From Paragordius varius (lineage: Eukaryota > Animalia > Nematomorpha): a stretch of DNA of 64,000 nucleotides. The translations under genes were made by a program, and so were the position numbers. Positions 1 to 14,900 of this stretch are shown one piece after another. Location of the stretch: positions 5,084,001 through 5,148,000 of the forward strand of contig OZ176051.1 of assembly GCA_964247055.1 (NCBI GenBank), in the 5' to 3' direction. The notes under the pieces were generated by a model. The model ran no database searches. It was not told the origin of the DNA and worked only from the letters and a program-made list of their open reading frames with translations. Position 1 is the first letter of the stretch. Each line of letters starts with the position of its first letter.

Positions 1-1624
1 GTCTAATTGATATTTTTCGAGATTTTTGTGGTTCTCCGCTTCTTTCATAAATACGGAAATCCTTAACATAATTTGATAAATCCTGGCCCTGTGATATTTT
101 AACAAAATTGTTTTTCCATTCATATTTATATTTTTTAGGGGTTGGAAATAAACCCTTATTTGGTTACGATTCCATATAATCAAAGAGGGTTCCGAACTAA
201 ATTCCATTAATTTCAAAGTATTACCAAAAATTTTGATTTTAGATTACAAAAAAATAGACATGCAATTATCGCTTCTCTCTAAATAATTCAAAAAATCTTT
301 AATATAAAAAATAATTATACATTTTAAAGTTCTTTTCCTTTTAAAAGGCTGACAGTGAGAATGAAAAGTGTGGAATTTAGGGTAAGGAAGTACGGTACAC
401 TAACACGCATAGTGCACGTGTTCGACGCCTTAACCTTTTAACCACCACGCTTTCTATTAAAAATTTAAAAAACAATTATTAAACAAAACTTGTAATCATT
501 TAAAATTTTTCCTTTGTTTTAATCGCTAGGATAAAATTTAATAACGATTTCAGACCCGATTTAATTTTGTTCTAAAACGATTAAAAAAGTTATTGGTTTT
601 TTAAAAAAACAGGTCTCTGCAAATCCCTATTTTAGTATTTTTATAAACTATAAATTATAATCATTTTGTTTAGAGGCACACAAAACTTTATTAAATGCAA
701 TCTTGCACATTAATTACGAACAATCATTCCTAATTATGGATTACTGAGAAATGTAATTATATATTGGGATAAGTATATGTAGTCAATTCATAACCCCCAT
801 ACCTCAAACTAAATGATGAAAATAATGATTTAATTCAAAATAAAAATTTACAATCCATCTTTGTTGCCAAATACGTAAGGCTTCTTGCTCATGAACCAAT
901 TTGTGACAATTAGTGGTTGGGTCCAATGTAAACTAAAAAATATATGCAAAAATAATATTTTTGAATCATAATTAAAAAGTAATACGCCTTTTTGTATAAT
1001 GAAATGTAAGAATTATGAAAATACATATATTAATTGTGTCAAATTGTTTTTGATTCATATTTTTAGGGAGAGTGAATGTTTCATCCGCAAAATACTGAGG
1101 TCAAACATCATTAGGAGAAAAAAATGCTATAATTTAAACGCTATAAACATGAATAAAGATTTTGGCTAAAACTTTTAACCCATAAACGTTTAAAATTATA
1201 TAATTATAATAAAAATAGGTAAAATACTCAAGGATGTAATAATATTAAAACTTTACCAAACACATTTTTTGTTTTTCCAAAACTTTGAAATACTTATAAA
1301 TATATATAATACAACTTTTATATAATCCATTTTTTTGAAAATCATTAAAGTTTTAAAACTGTGCTCTCGTACCTAGTGGGATATCAAAAAGCATGGAGCG
1401 TATTCAAAGGCTTTAATATTGTTTATATGTTTACTCGATAATAACTATAATTTTACCGAGAATTTTAAATAGTGTGGGTATATCCTAACATATTTTGACG
1501 AGTTTTTAATAAATAAATTGCGGAATATACAATATAATTTGTGTTTAACTATATTTTTCAGTGTATTGATTTTGGTTTTAACATGTGAAATTAGGACTAA
1601 ACCACAAAAACAGATTAAGTTAAC

Positions 1625-1812
1625 TTTTTCCGAGGTGTCACTGCTGGAATGTACATTCGCAACAGCTAGCCTACTTTGACCACATTATGAGATTTAAGTC
1701 AAGTCTTTGATGTTGGGAAAGGTTAGCAGTGCGTGTAAAAGGGACTGAAGCAGGATAAGGGGCATGGACTATATTTTATAAGAAACCAATGCAACCTTGG
1801 CAGAACTCAACA
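1625..1812 (+). mobile_element. RTE/BovB-like LINE 3' fragment, decayed
   Basis: Broken frames give QQLAYFDHIMR and LMLGKVSSACKR, resembling the RTE C-terminal L.YFGH.MR...LMLGK.EG signature; homologous to the inverted copy at 2120-2275. Confidence 0.6.
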
Positions 1813-2119
1813 TTAAAATAAAAATCGCAATCTATGGGGAAGTTATATTTACCATATTACAAAAAGTCGAGCTCGACTTACATACACATTTTTTTGTGTA
1901 TAGATGTTTTGGTTATTCGATATTTCTTTTAGTATTAAAAATATATCGTGAAAAATTTGACGGTTTGCATTGTAAATTGTTATAATAAAAACATGAATGG
2001 TCAGCTTCCTAGCGTTCCTGTTTTTATACTTTTATATGAGGTATCTGAAATTTCATTAGATATATTGAAAGCTCATCATCGACTCTATCTAATAAATTAA
2101 TCTTAGGACATACAAGCCC

Positions 2120-2275
2120 CTTGATAGCTGAGTTCTGCCAAGTTTGCATGGGTTTATTGTAAAATATTGTCCGTGCATCACTAACTTTTCCCAAGTGAGT
2201 TATCATAATGTGGCCAAAGTAGGATAGTTTGGTGCGGATGAACATTCCAAGCAATGACATATCGGGATTGATTTT
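2120..2275 (-). mobile_element. RTE/BovB-like LINE 3' fragment, decayed
   Basis: ORF 2024-2347 contains MSLLGMFIRTKLSYFGHIM; the DNA aligns by eye with 1625-1812 in opposite orientation. Confidence 0.6.
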
Positions 2276-3002
2276 ATTTAAAAAGTCGACTTCGATTGTA
2301 ACAATACACAGATACATATATACACTGTGTGCAAAAAAGAGGGTCATTTTGATTTAACGAAAAAAATTTTTTTTTAATAAGATAGCTTATGACCAGTGAA
2401 TTCATTTGCCGCAAAAATTTTTATTTGTTGACAACCTATTTTTTGAAATATTGAGAGAAAATCAAAATCGGGCAAAAAGTGAAAATTAAGGATAACTTTG
2501 GAATATATATATATTATACAATGGAATCCTGATCTTTTCGAGTTTTAGGTCTCTCTTGCCAAACATTTTGTTTTCTGTCATAGGTTGAAATAGTGCCAGG
2601 CAGTGGTGTATTTCGCTTGGCACTTGATGATAAAGACGATCTTTGGGTCGATTGAGGTTTTTCCTCAGGCGTAACGGGCGGTACTTTGACAATGCTATGA
2701 TGATCATGCTAAATGGTACATGTTTAAACATTATCAAAATATGTGTTGTTTGAAACGAATGATATCAATTTTTATATGTTAACATCTTCAAATTTACATA
2801 TATAATGAAATGCTTTTTAATTTATGAAACGAAAACAAAAGAATAGATAAGTGTTGTCGGCATAGTGCTGCGCCTTTTATGAAAAAACCGCGCCAGATTT
2901 AATAAGTTTAGAGGAGTTAAACACACTTAAATGCCCCAAGCGAGGAATATGATAAAACTCACGTCTGTTCATATAATTGTTACTATTTTGTGCTCTTAAT
3001 AG

Positions 3003-3526
3003 CAAGGATATCCAACACCCGGCCCGCGGCCCTCTAAAAAAATTTTACAGCCCGCGAAAATTTGAAAAAAATTAAAAGTTACAACATTCTATAATTCAAA
3101 AAATATCTAATAAAATTTTAAAATATTTATCATATACTGAATATTATTTTTTAATTATCTATTTTGTTTAACGACTACCATTAATTGTTAAAGGGTTATT
3201 TAAGGGCTTTTTAAATATTTATATATACCATATATTACTCATATATTGAATTTTGTAAAATACCCTGAGTTCTTTAGGAAAATATTATAATTTATTTAAA
3301 ATTTTTATTGGCAAAACCGTGAAGATAAGTAACTTTTTAATAAAATTGTAGGCAAATCATATACCTTTCGATTGTCAACGGAACAAAAATTAAAATAAAG
3401 ATTATATATATGGTGGCTGTAAATTTTTTACAGTACCGAGATTGATATATAATAATTTTTTTTATAAATGTCCATTTGTTTTATTTTTCAATGCGGCTCA
3501 TGTACTAATTGTATTGGATGCCCCTG
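3003..3526. mobile_element. hAT-type MITE
   Basis: Termini CAAGGATATCCAA and TTGGATGCCCCTG; 8-bp flanks CTTAATAG and CTTTATAG (7/8) fit an 8-bp TSD. Confidence 0.8.
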
Positions 3527-3546
3527 CTTTATAGTATATATATATA

Positions 3547-3797
3547 CCATTTACAATTCAAATTCACCCTTGAACAATTCAAATTCACCCTCAAATAAAT
3601 TATGTGTTTTTTAAAATTAAAAATTACTACCTGTATTTTCATATATTTTTTTTAAAAAAAAATAAAATGATACTGAAAAAATAATGAACTATGCCATAAA
3701 GAAATATTTTATATTAATAATGAGTTATATTATTTCGAAAACAAATTGTTTTTTTAGGGTGAATTTGAATTGTTCAAGGGTTTTGAACTGTAGATGG
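3547..3797. mobile_element. TA-flanked MITE, family copy 1
   Basis: TIRs CCATTTACAATTCAA and TTGAACTGTAGATGG flanked by TA; subterminal TTCAAATTCACCC repeats; related copies at 47937-48171 and 59641-59895. Confidence 0.7.
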
Positions 3798-5223
3798 TAT
3801 TTGATAATTGTTTTTGCTCATAATTTAATTTATATATTGAATGGTAATTTTTAGGGGGGAAGCGAAACACGGCTAATAATTATATTAACAGATTTTATCA
3901 AAAATTTTAACATCTTTGGAACAAAGAAATAGGCATTTGCTTAACAGTTAAATCTTCGATTATCTTATACAACATGAGTATGTATATGTAAATTAAAATT
4001 TGGCTTTGATTATTTCCATCAAACTTGAATTGTCCTTGAACTAACCACCTTTCTTAACAACAATTTCATTGGATATCTTGGTTTTTTTGTCAAATACATA
4101 TGAAAATTATAAAGTATACCTTTAAATGTTCCTCAATTAAGGCGGCATGAGGCGTAACACTCATCCGATCTAAATGACAACTACCAACTTTTCTTGCACT
4201 CCCTATAACTCTTTTCCCATGGGTTGGGCTTTCTTTGAGGGAAGAGCGTTTGGGTTGGCTTTGCATTTAACTTTGATTTTATGATGTAAAGACACGAGAC
4301 ACCTTTTTTATTATGGTGTAATATTTTTTTTAAATAAAAATAATGATTGTTGATTGTATGAAGCGCGAGCAACTCAATTATTTTTTAAATTGAAAATTAA
4401 GGCAATCATGATTAGGGTTGGATTTTGATTGACTTTTACGCAAAGAGCTATAAGAATGTGATTAATTTTAACTACTTAAATCATTGCGCTGAAATTTTAT
4501 ACATTTTAAGCATTAAAAATGATAAAAGCTTTTTTGATAAAGTCCAATAATTATTATAAAAACTTGCTACCAATTATAACTATATTAATTTATACTAACT
4601 GAAAATTTTAATAAAGGAAATATCTTTCCAATTTTAAAATGAATTTTATTTAATTCAATCTGATAACAATATATGATATGACAATTTACATTTTCGGTAG
4701 AAGGGATCTAACCATTTTTATTTTGTTGTATAATTGACCTGTGGTGTAGCTAAGGGGTGGAAAGTGGGCCTGATGCAGAGGGTGCCATAGTGAGTGCCAA
4801 ATTTTAAATTTTTTTAATTTAACATAAAAAATAGATATTTAAAAGTTATTATTTAAAATAATACATAAAAAATCTACCCATTTATGAGCACGGTTTGAAT
4901 TTGATTATTTTTTTTTAAAAATACAAGGTGTTTCATGGAGGGAAAGGGGGCGCCATCCTCTGTAGTTGACCGATTTTAAGTTTGACTTATAAGTTTTGTC
5001 TTCCTCACAATAATGTCATGTGTTAAATAGCAAGTAAAACACTTATAATTAAATGAATGCTATTAAAATGAATCTTTTTTTATAAACTTAACTCGAAATA
5101 TAAATAAATTTTAATTTTATTTTATCGCATTCCTAGCCAATATAATTATTTATATTTTAAGATTGTAACGCGAAATTCATCGTTTAACTTTATAAATTTT
5201 CTTTTTGAAACTTTGGTTCATGG

Positions 5224-5636
5224 TAATGTGACCAGATAGGCTGTTTTTCGCAGTACAGTACTGGATTTTCTGCAAAAAACTGCGACTGTACTGCGCCCAT
5301 TTTTGTACTGCTTTTTGAAATTAATAAAAAATAATTTTTTATAAATATATATTAATTGCCTTTTATTTATCAAAAAAATTATTTTAGAATTTGATTAGTA
5401 CCCTCTGTAAAAACAACCCCATAATTTGTAAAGAAATGGTATTTTGGGGTAAAAAAATATGATTGGCCTATTTTTGGTTAATATATTTTCTGCTTGAATT
5501 ATACATATTGTATTTTGAATCGGTTTAACCGCTTATGATTCAGCCTTTCGCGCAGTGGCGAAACTATAAATCTCGAACTCCAGAGTAAGATCTAGGCTAA
5601 TGGCTCTTTCACTCAGGGCTTCCGCAAAAAGAGGTG
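5224..5636 (+). repeat. Dispersed ~400-bp hairpin-bearing repeat, copy A
   Basis: Perfect 11-bp stem CGCAGTACAGT/ACTGTACTGCG near the left end; both ends match 28167-28553 in reverse orientation. Confidence 0.65.
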
Positions 5637-5933
5637 CCTCAAAATTTAAAATTAACAAAATTAATTTATGATATTTTAATAAATATTTGATCAGGTTTAA
5701 AAAGTTTATTTTTTGTCATTATCAAACGGAAAATTATATAGAAATTGTTAACCGGTAACTAATATTTAAAATTTATTATATATGGCATATGATTTCGAAA
5801 TAACCTTTTTTCGTATTAGTAAGAGTTTTTACGTTTTCTATAATTATTAGATGAGGGGTATGATAATACTTAATTTTCCAAAACATTAATTATTTTTGGT
5901 TTTCATATTCTTTTGCATAAACAAATTTGAGAT

Positions 5934-6251
5934 ATTTTGTTGAAGCGTACTTTTAACGATTTCGAAGCATGATGGAAACGGTATAACGCTTTAAGATATA
6001 ATTTTCTAAATAATTCGGTGATGTTGAACATTCAGAATTTTATTTGAAAGGTATGTTTGCATGCAATTGGTGAATTTTTGTAAAAGCAATTTTTATTTAA
6101 CATCAATTTGAAAACGAACGAATATTTTAATCAAAATTCTGAATGAAAAATTTTTTAGCATTATCGAATTATATAAACAAATGGTATAATCTTAACCATT
6201 TATATCGGTTTCATCATGCTTAAAATAGTATGAAGTACGCTTCAACAAAAT
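5934..6251. mobile_element. Long-TIR palindromic MITE
   Basis: ATTTTGTTGAAGCGTACTT and AAGTACGCTTCAACAAAAT are exact reverse complements, with further inner complementarity; the same ends recur at 26129 and 27623. Confidence 0.65.
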
Positions 6252-7439
6252 TTTGCTATAAATTAATTGAAATATGCATTTTTTTAAAAAATATATTTAG
6301 TCGATATCAAAATTTAGCATATATTTAAAATTATTGCACAAGGTCGGAATTTTTGAGTTTATTTTAAAAGAACAGTCCATTTTAAAAAAGCCAAAAAATT
6401 TGGGATTATAAAAATTTAAACCAACAACAACAATAATCCTATTTTCCTATTAGAATAAATATATTTCATCTTAGTATTTTTTTTGTAGAAACTGTTTAAT
6501 ATACCAAACCGATGGTGTAAAAACAGGCAAAGTATGTTTTGATTTTGTACTGCATCAAAGTTCAAAATATTTGGTCACATTAGTGTATGGTGTAGAAACA
6601 TGAACCCACGATGGAAATACAAATTATAAGTAGTATATCATTTTTAGTTAATTTGGTCTTAAAAAACAAATTATTTATGAAATTCTGAGTCGACAAATTT
6701 CTAGCTTACGCCAACACATAGAGATATTTAAAAATTAACTTTGTCATTTGACCACTCTTAGAGTAAAAGAAGCTTAAAATTCGCCTAAATCCCAACCTTT
6801 TTTTGTTCACGCCTCACCAAATTAAAAATAAAAGTTCCCCCTCAAAAAATCCATGATAAAAAATATAATATAAGAATCCCAATTAATGATATCCTTATAT
6901 CTGCATTTTTTAAATACTAAATAACTTATACATATTGATTTAAATGACATTCTACCATTCGAAAAATCAGTCTTTTGCGCTCTTCCAATGATATAAAATA
7001 CATGGCTATATATCTAAAACTTTTAATTTTGAAAATATCGAGTTTAATGTTAAATCGTGGCCAAAAATTTTCCACAAACCCTAATAAAAAAATTCTTTGG
7101 TAGACTAATTTTTTTTAGATTACTTTAATGAAATGAATTTCTTTACAAAAATGGCACGTAAAAAATTTGTTGTCAAGTGTAATAATAAAATCAAAAACAA
7201 TTGGATAAGTGTACATAAAGTATTAATATATTTGTTGTTTGGTATCCTAATGTAATATAATAAAAATCTAATCTTATCTAATATATTTTTATCAAATTTT
7301 AAAAAATACTGGCTTTTAGACTCTCTCTTGTGACAATGATGATAAATACGATAAAAATAAAGTATGTCAGATGTTTTTTAATTGCAATTTATATAAGAGT
7401 GTAACAATATTAAAAGTATTGCCATAATAAATGCAGAAT

Positions 7440-7590
7440 TAAACGGTTCTTTAAATCAGCTGCTTCCGATTACTGTTCTTTACGCTTTTTCGGTTTCAGA
7501 ACAAGTTTTTTAAAAATTGGAGAATGTTTTAAAACGGTTCTTAAACTTTCAACACTGTTCTAGTTCCAATTCTCATCGTGAAACAACCAG
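7440..7590 (-). mobile_element. Subterminal fragment of the hAT family at 26247-27456
   Basis: Aligns by eye with the reverse complement of about 26310-26460. Confidence 0.5.
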
Positions 7591-8226
7591 CTTAAAAGAC
7601 AATACAATTTTTTTTGTTAAGTATCAAGTAACAATAAATAAAATTTTCGCAATTGGACCCATCATGTTGCAAAAATTTTGGAAGGATATTTGTGATTATT
7701 TTGCCGTTTTTTCTCGTTTTTAAATATTATCATATATATTTTCAAATATCGCAGAAAATGCTTTAAAATTTGATAGAATCATATCATTCCACAAGAAATA
7801 CCCATTTTTTATTATTCATTCTTTGAATTTTAACGAGCAAAGTTGTCCCATCTAATATATTGATATAATCCGTTAAAATTTTCAAAAAGTCAATGTAATT
7901 ACATTAGAATCTATATTATTTATTTTAAACATAAATAGACTTAAATGCAGTAGATTTTAACTCAGAAAATAAATATCATTGGATATTTTTTAAAGTCTCT
8001 TAGTTAATTTGATATTGATAACTTTTTTTGAGAACGAGAAATCCGGTAACTATAAAACAAAGTATATTTCTGGTTCTAAAATTGACATACAATGTATTAT
8101 TATACTAATACCATAGAAATCACATTTATATCTATTACAGACGACAATGTTATACAAATTTCAACCCTTATCGAAAGATTGTGTAAATATTTATTTTATT
8201 TTAAATTTTATATATATAAACATATA

Positions 8227-8934
8227 TTATGCCGTATTTTTCTCATGATTTTCAATTTGAGCGTGATATGCTTTCATCAGTTCCTGATTGGCCCTCAATT
8301 TTTCATTATACATTTTAATGTCGTGATTAACTTTGGCCTGAGCCTCAGCAATTGCTTTAAGGACAAGTATCTTTTTTTCTTCAAAATTTGTCGAATGATC
8401 TTGCGATATAGGGAGGTTTTCGCTATCATACTTGGTTAATAGTCTGTGCATAAATAATGTTGGTTCCTGAAACGTTAATTCATCATAAAATTCGGACACA
8501 ACTAGGTTACGATCCAGATCTGGTATGGATATTCCACTAAAATTAGATTCATTTGATGACTGAGATAAATTTAGGGGAAATAATTTGAGGATATGGTATA
8601 TAATTACTGGTTTTTCTTGCACATCCATAAAGAATATTTTGATTTGAATCTCAAATTCACCCCACCCTGTTTCAGTTATTTCATATGGAGGTTCCATAAC
8701 GACTCGATTTTGATTTAGGCCATAGCTTTCGTGCAATTTAAATTGAACTTTTTTAATAAACATTGATAAATCATCACCTTCTTTGTAGGGCCTAAGATAT
8801 ACGGTCCATTTATGTGTGTGTCCATCAGACTCTCGCTTATATCCAAAATATTCAGCCACATTTCCATAAACTATCGATTTAATAATGGTTTCATTTTTAA
8901 CGCGAGTTGTAGTGATTGTAGTATTTCCATCCAT
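8227..8934 (-). CDS. YEATS4: YEATS domain-containing protein 4 (GAS41/Yaf9), intronless, about 235 aa from the first ATG
   Basis: [56 protein letters not shown] and a C-terminal coiled coil. The frame is open upstream to a GTG at 8958, so the start is slightly uncertain. Confidence 0.95.
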   Translation of the reverse strand: MDGNTTITTTRVKNETIIKSIVYGNVAEYFGYKRESDGHTHKWTVYLRPYKEGDDLSMFIKKVQFKLHESYGLNQNRVVMEPPYEITETGWGEFEIQIKIFFMDVQEKPVIIYHILKLFPLNLSQSSNESNFSGISIPDLDRNLVVSEFYDELTFQEPTLFMHRLLTKYDSENLPISQDHSTNFEEKKILVLKAIAEAQAKVNHDIKMYNEKLRANQELMKAYHAQIENHEKNTA

Positions 8935-8968
8935 ACGAGCAAATAAATCATTTGTCACCTTTTTTTAC

Positions 8969-11900
8969 ATGTTCCAACAGCCATTTTCTGCCGACGAGCT
9001 ATCCCCTGGCAATACCAAACGGCACAAAATCCATAAAAAAATCCATCGTAATAAATATTCGTATCAAGAAAATCATGAAGCTAATATAGAAAAATTAAGT
9101 CATAATAATTCTTATCCTGACTCATCAGTAACTAAGTAATATTTGATTTTTTTATTTTACGGCCTGGGAATAATATGTAAATTTTATGATAAACTTGTAT
9201 GTATTATTTAGATTTAATGAAAAAATGCAGTTGGATCTTGAGGAACTAATGGATTACCAAAGCAACCTAATGAATAAAATAGCGTTATACTTTCCCGCTT
9301 ACCAAGGGTGTCGAAGTGTAGAAGAATTTCAATGCCTTAATCGCATAGAAGAAGGAACATACGGTGTTGTTTATAGAGCCAAAAATAAAAAAACAGGTTT
9401 TATTTTATTTTAATTTCTAAAGGTGAATTAGTTGCTTTAAAACGTCTAAAAATGGAAAAGGAAAAAGAAGGTTTCCCAATTACATCTTTGAGAGAAATAA
9501 ATACCTTAATGAAAGCTCATCATCCTAACGTCGTTTCTATACTGGTAAAAATTTAAATTTTTTTAGTTTTAAATATTGGGCAAAACAAATAATAACTAGT
9601 GTCACTTCCAATTAAAATATTTTAGTAACAAATTTAAATAAAACATTTTTAAATGAGTAAACCGTTACTTCGCAAAGGTGTGTTTTAATTTCAAGAAATT
9701 TTAATTTACTCATTATTAAATAAATTATGCATTATAGGAAATCGTTGTGGGAAGTAATATGGACAAAATTTACATTGTTATGGAATTTGTCGAACATGAT
9801 CTCAAATCCCTCATGGAAACAATGAAACAATCATTTTTAATCGGTAATTCTTATTTTTCAAAGTTAACCTTAACTTTTTTTTCTTGGAAAAAGTTAAGAG
9901 TTTTTACCAACTTTTATGGACTTTTGACCTTATCTGGCTGGCATAAGGAAAAAGAGTTTTATGGTGTATTTGACTATACTATCAAAACTTTTTTTTCTTT
10001 TTAAGACCTCTGTGTAAACATACAACTAATTTTTTTATTATAATAATGTATAACTTTATTATGTATGTGTGTGTGTTAGGAGGCATATAGAATGAAATGT
10101 GAAATGATCAGTTGGAAGGAAAAGAATGGTCTATCTTTTTGTGATTGATATTATGCACACAACATATACTCAATCGCGCTCCACTGTACACTATTTGTAC
10201 ATTTGTATCGATTTAAAATGCTCTATTTCCACTTTACTCATATATTTTTTTTTAAATCTATTTGTGGTTTTTATAGTTCAGGATATTATATACTGCTAAA
10301 GATTTTTGCTATTTTATACTGCGAAAAACTATGCATCCCAAATGACCAAATACAGGTATTATTATATCTTATGCTTTCAATATAAAATTTTCCTAAAATA
10401 ACCGATATGGTCGTTTAATTTTTGATAAACAAGCTTAAAGTATTAACCGGTTTATTGGATATAAGAGCTAAGGGTTTTTTAAATATAATATTTTTTTAGT
10501 TTCAGTCTGGATTACTCTAAAAAAACTTTGTTGTAAAAAATATGTAATTTTATATAGGCATCGCGGCAAAGAGTTCCATAATATTTATATATTAATTATA
10601 TTTACAAACCTTATATTACGCTTTAAATTAAAATTAAACTGGTTCAAATTTTAAAAAAAGAGTTTTCCCGAAATTCTAAATATTAACTTTCTATCACACA
10701 GGTTACTTATTTTGCATGAACCCTACTAGCCCTGTACTAGTTTTTTTCACTTTCACCTGACCTTAATTATATATTAGCCACTACCATTTTATTTGAATTC
10801 GTTTAGTAAGTTTATATATTTCGTTTTTATTATATTAAAATATTTCATAATAATTAAGGTATTTAAAAATACGTCTTCTCTCTTCTTGTAATTAATTTTT
10901 AGAAATCTATATTTATAAACTGAAACATGCGTTTTTCTTTGGGGTTCGAGTATAATCAAAATATCATAAAAGTTGGATTTATAGAAAATATTTTTCCTCC
11001 TCGCACATAACCCTAACATCTATAGTTTTCAATCCAAATTTTGTCCCTATCAAATCTTAAATATTAAACCACTTAATGCCTCTATTCAAGATTATCAACT
11101 ACATTGTCAGATCTACAGAACTCAATACTCAAATGGATAAAGCTAATAAATCTTACTCATTTAATAGTAAAAAAAAAGGTCGACATCGTAAACTTTTCAA
11201 TTTACTCTTCCATTAAGATTTTCATATAAAAATTAAACAAGCCTAAGACAGAAAAAAATGAATAATACTAGCACGCTTACCTCCTTTGGGTGGAGAAATA
11301 TTGTATAAAGGTTATAGAATAAATTCTCATTAAATATATTTAAGAAAAATCATTTTTTTGATGATTCGTAAACCCCTATAGTAACCGCATTTTAAAAAAT
11401 GACGTATATATCAGATATATATTTTACCAAATAGACCTAATATCCTTTTAATTTGTATCATTGAAAAATTTGATTGTAATATATTTATTTATTTTGTCCT
11501 GATAAACCCCAAAAAGTTAATCACATCCACACTACGATACAACAACGTAGATGATTGAATATTCAAATCTATAAAAATGATATACTACAAAACAATAAAC
11601 TGCGTCAGATTAACACTAAGCAACACGGCTTTTGGTCCAAATGAATCTGGTCTTCATCAAGGCTCTATCCTAAGCCCTTTACTTTTCATATTAATAATGG
11701 ATTACCAAACAAAAGATATAAAACAAGGCCCACCATGGGAATTTATCTATGCGGAGGACATTGTCCTCACCGCAACATCAATGGAAGAATTAAATAAAAA
11801 GTACAACACATGGATATTACACTTAGAAAAGGTTGGAATGAAAATAAATATAAGCAAAACAAAGGTGCTGATAACGGGTGAAACTGTATATGAACGACCT

Positions 11901-14900
11901 AAGTTGCCATATAAATTATGTGATTTTATGCAAAACTTAATTTAATCCTATGCATATCTTGCAATAAGTGGGTCTAATCCTCGCTTATAAAAGGGACATT
12001 AATCAACAATGATAAATTTATGTGTGAATCATGCAAAAATAAAACAATAAATCACTCACCCACTTCAATAAATGACCTTTATATGGCAGACGCCAAAATC
12101 GAATTGATAAATAATTTTAAATACTTGGGCGATGTTATACATTGCCTAGGTGGAATAAACCAATCAGTTAAATATAGATCCCAACAGGCTTGGGTAAAAT
12201 ATCATCAACTTAAATTTGTCCTCAAAAATAAACACATATCAGCAAAAAACAAAGGTTTGATTTACAAAGCCGGCATACGTCCCATACTCCTGTATGGTTG
12301 CGAGACATGGCCGATGACAGATTTAATTGAGAAAAAACTAATGAACATAGAAAAGCGGCTAAATTTTTTCGACCCCAATAACTCAAATTCAAATTTGCAT
12401 GAACTTTACCAAATTGAACCTAAATATTTCGGACACATCAAACGTGCTCCAGAACAATGGACAAATTAAATTTTATCCCTACATCCCGAAGGTAACAATC
12501 GCAGGGGCAGACCAACATTTAACTGGGAAAAAACAATAAATAATAATTTATGTGTTGTCAACATTGATGACACTCCTGGCAGGATCGCAAATTCACTGGC
12601 AGCTCTATACGGATACAATGGCTTGCCATTACACAAAGGCGACGATGTAAAATATACCACGTTTTAGTAAGGGATACATGACATTTATATGACAATAATG
12701 TATGTGTGGTGAACACAAATGACATCATATCACCTTGCCAAAAGCCATCGATTGGTCAAGAGTTTTAAATACGATTGAAGCGAATGTTAGAGTATATCTC
12801 GTAAAGAAAATTGTTGAGGATGTTTTTTTAAAAAAAACGCTGTGCATTTACCATATAAAGATTTATTACATTGCCGAATGAATACGGAATGTCTTAGATA
12901 TATACACCTATTATAATAGAAAATCATGACACAATGAAAAAATAAACTATTCGCATTAATTTGATCTTTCCTGATCACGGCCCAACGAAATTGCCATATA
13001 AACATTTATTCGATTAAATTTTTGTTATAAAAACATTTTCTAAATATTTTTTAAACAACGTTATTTGCATATAAAAACAATGTAATTTTGAATGCCTTCA
13101 AGGTGCCTTGTTGAATGTACTTATTTAATTTAAATGCCATTTAAGCGCATAATTTCGCTCCACATAATTTTTTTCCTCACAATCGATTATACTCAGCTTT
13201 AGTAAAGAAATATTATGTTAGCAATACCAACCAGATAGCAATACCTTTATAAGAAAAATTATACATTTCGATCATATTAACGATGAATAATTTATTGGCC
13301 TGAACTTTTTTAATCCAAATCAGCTGTCCATATCTCACTTCATCAATTATAAACGAGTTATATTGAATATAAATTAATTTAACGATATTTTTTGGAACCA
13401 AATCTTACTCGTTTCCTGAAAATTAACTTTTAGCAAAGGGCTCATAAAAATATATTTATTAATTGTATTAACAAAATTTTTTACAAGTTTAATATTATGG
13501 ATCATCTTGACTCATATTTTTGATGTATTATGATTAATCCATTTCTTAATACACATGCTACCCTCTACCAATTTTTGGATTAATATGCTTTATTCAATCT
13601 GTCAATCCTTATTTGTCTGATTAAACGATATAGATATTTGATTCGTAGTAAGGGGCTAATTGGATATACATCAATAAATGTTATTATCATTTATACTAAC
13701 AATTTTAATAATATATTTCGGAAAAAATAACCCGAATATGTCTTTCTTTGTTAATGAATCATATGAAACTGTCCTTTTATACCAATATGCACCATTTTGC
13801 TTTTAATCATGACATTTTGCCACATATCCTTTTTTGGCACAATTTATTTCTAGAGAACAGATTAACCACTAAAGAAATACATTTAAAACGATTTTTATCT
13901 ATTTATGATTGGGTTAATCTCCGTTTAAGCCATATACGTGCCAATTTTTGACTTTAATAAAAATGTTTCTATTTTTGATGTTGTAAACAAAGAATATTAT
14001 TTGCATTAAGACATTTTTGTGATCAGTAATTGTTAGAACATATACATACGATTAATGTATTTTATTATCCCCATCATGTAATAAACATTTTAAATTTTGT
14101 CATAATTGAAAGTGTTTTAGAGTTTTAATGTTGATGAGATTATAATCCATAAATTACCATATCGGTTATTTTAGCGCATATACCTGTATTTGGTCCCGGG
14201 AAAGTAATGTTGTTTTTATTATTAAAACTCCAAAATATTCCTTCCAACTGATCCTTCGATGACTTGATTTTGCTGCTTTTGGGAATTTTGTTTTTTATAT
14301 CCTAAATATATATTTATGTTAACCTTAAATAGGGGAAGTTAAAACGCTTTTACTACAATTGTTGCGAGGAGTTCATCACTTACATGACAATTGGATCCTA
14401 CATCGTGACATTAAAGCATCTAACATTCTTTTAAGTCATTCCGGTATCTTGAAACTGGGCGATTTTGGTTTGGCTAGGTATGTAATTTAATTATATTTAC
14501 TCTTTCACAAATGGTTTTATTTTATTTACAGCAAAAATTATAATTATAAATACTAAACAATAAACTAAAATAATATTTTACAAAAAGATCCGATACTTGT
14601 TTTTTTCTGTATATCCCAAAGGATTATTATTGTGATATACATAATTAAGTGACACCAATTTACATGTGTAATGTTAAACCAAAGGTTATAGTAACTTTTT
14701 AAAAAATAGTCTTTAATTTTCGTTTTGTTTTATACTTTAATGTACTGAATTCATTAATCATTCAAAAAAAGAAGAGTAGAATTATTTTTTGGTCCTAAAT
14801 TTTGATTTTTTTTAAGGACCTTGTATTATTATCGGTTATTTTTTTTAATTTTATAATCGAATGATTTTTTTATACATTTTGTTAATATTAAAATAGGGAA

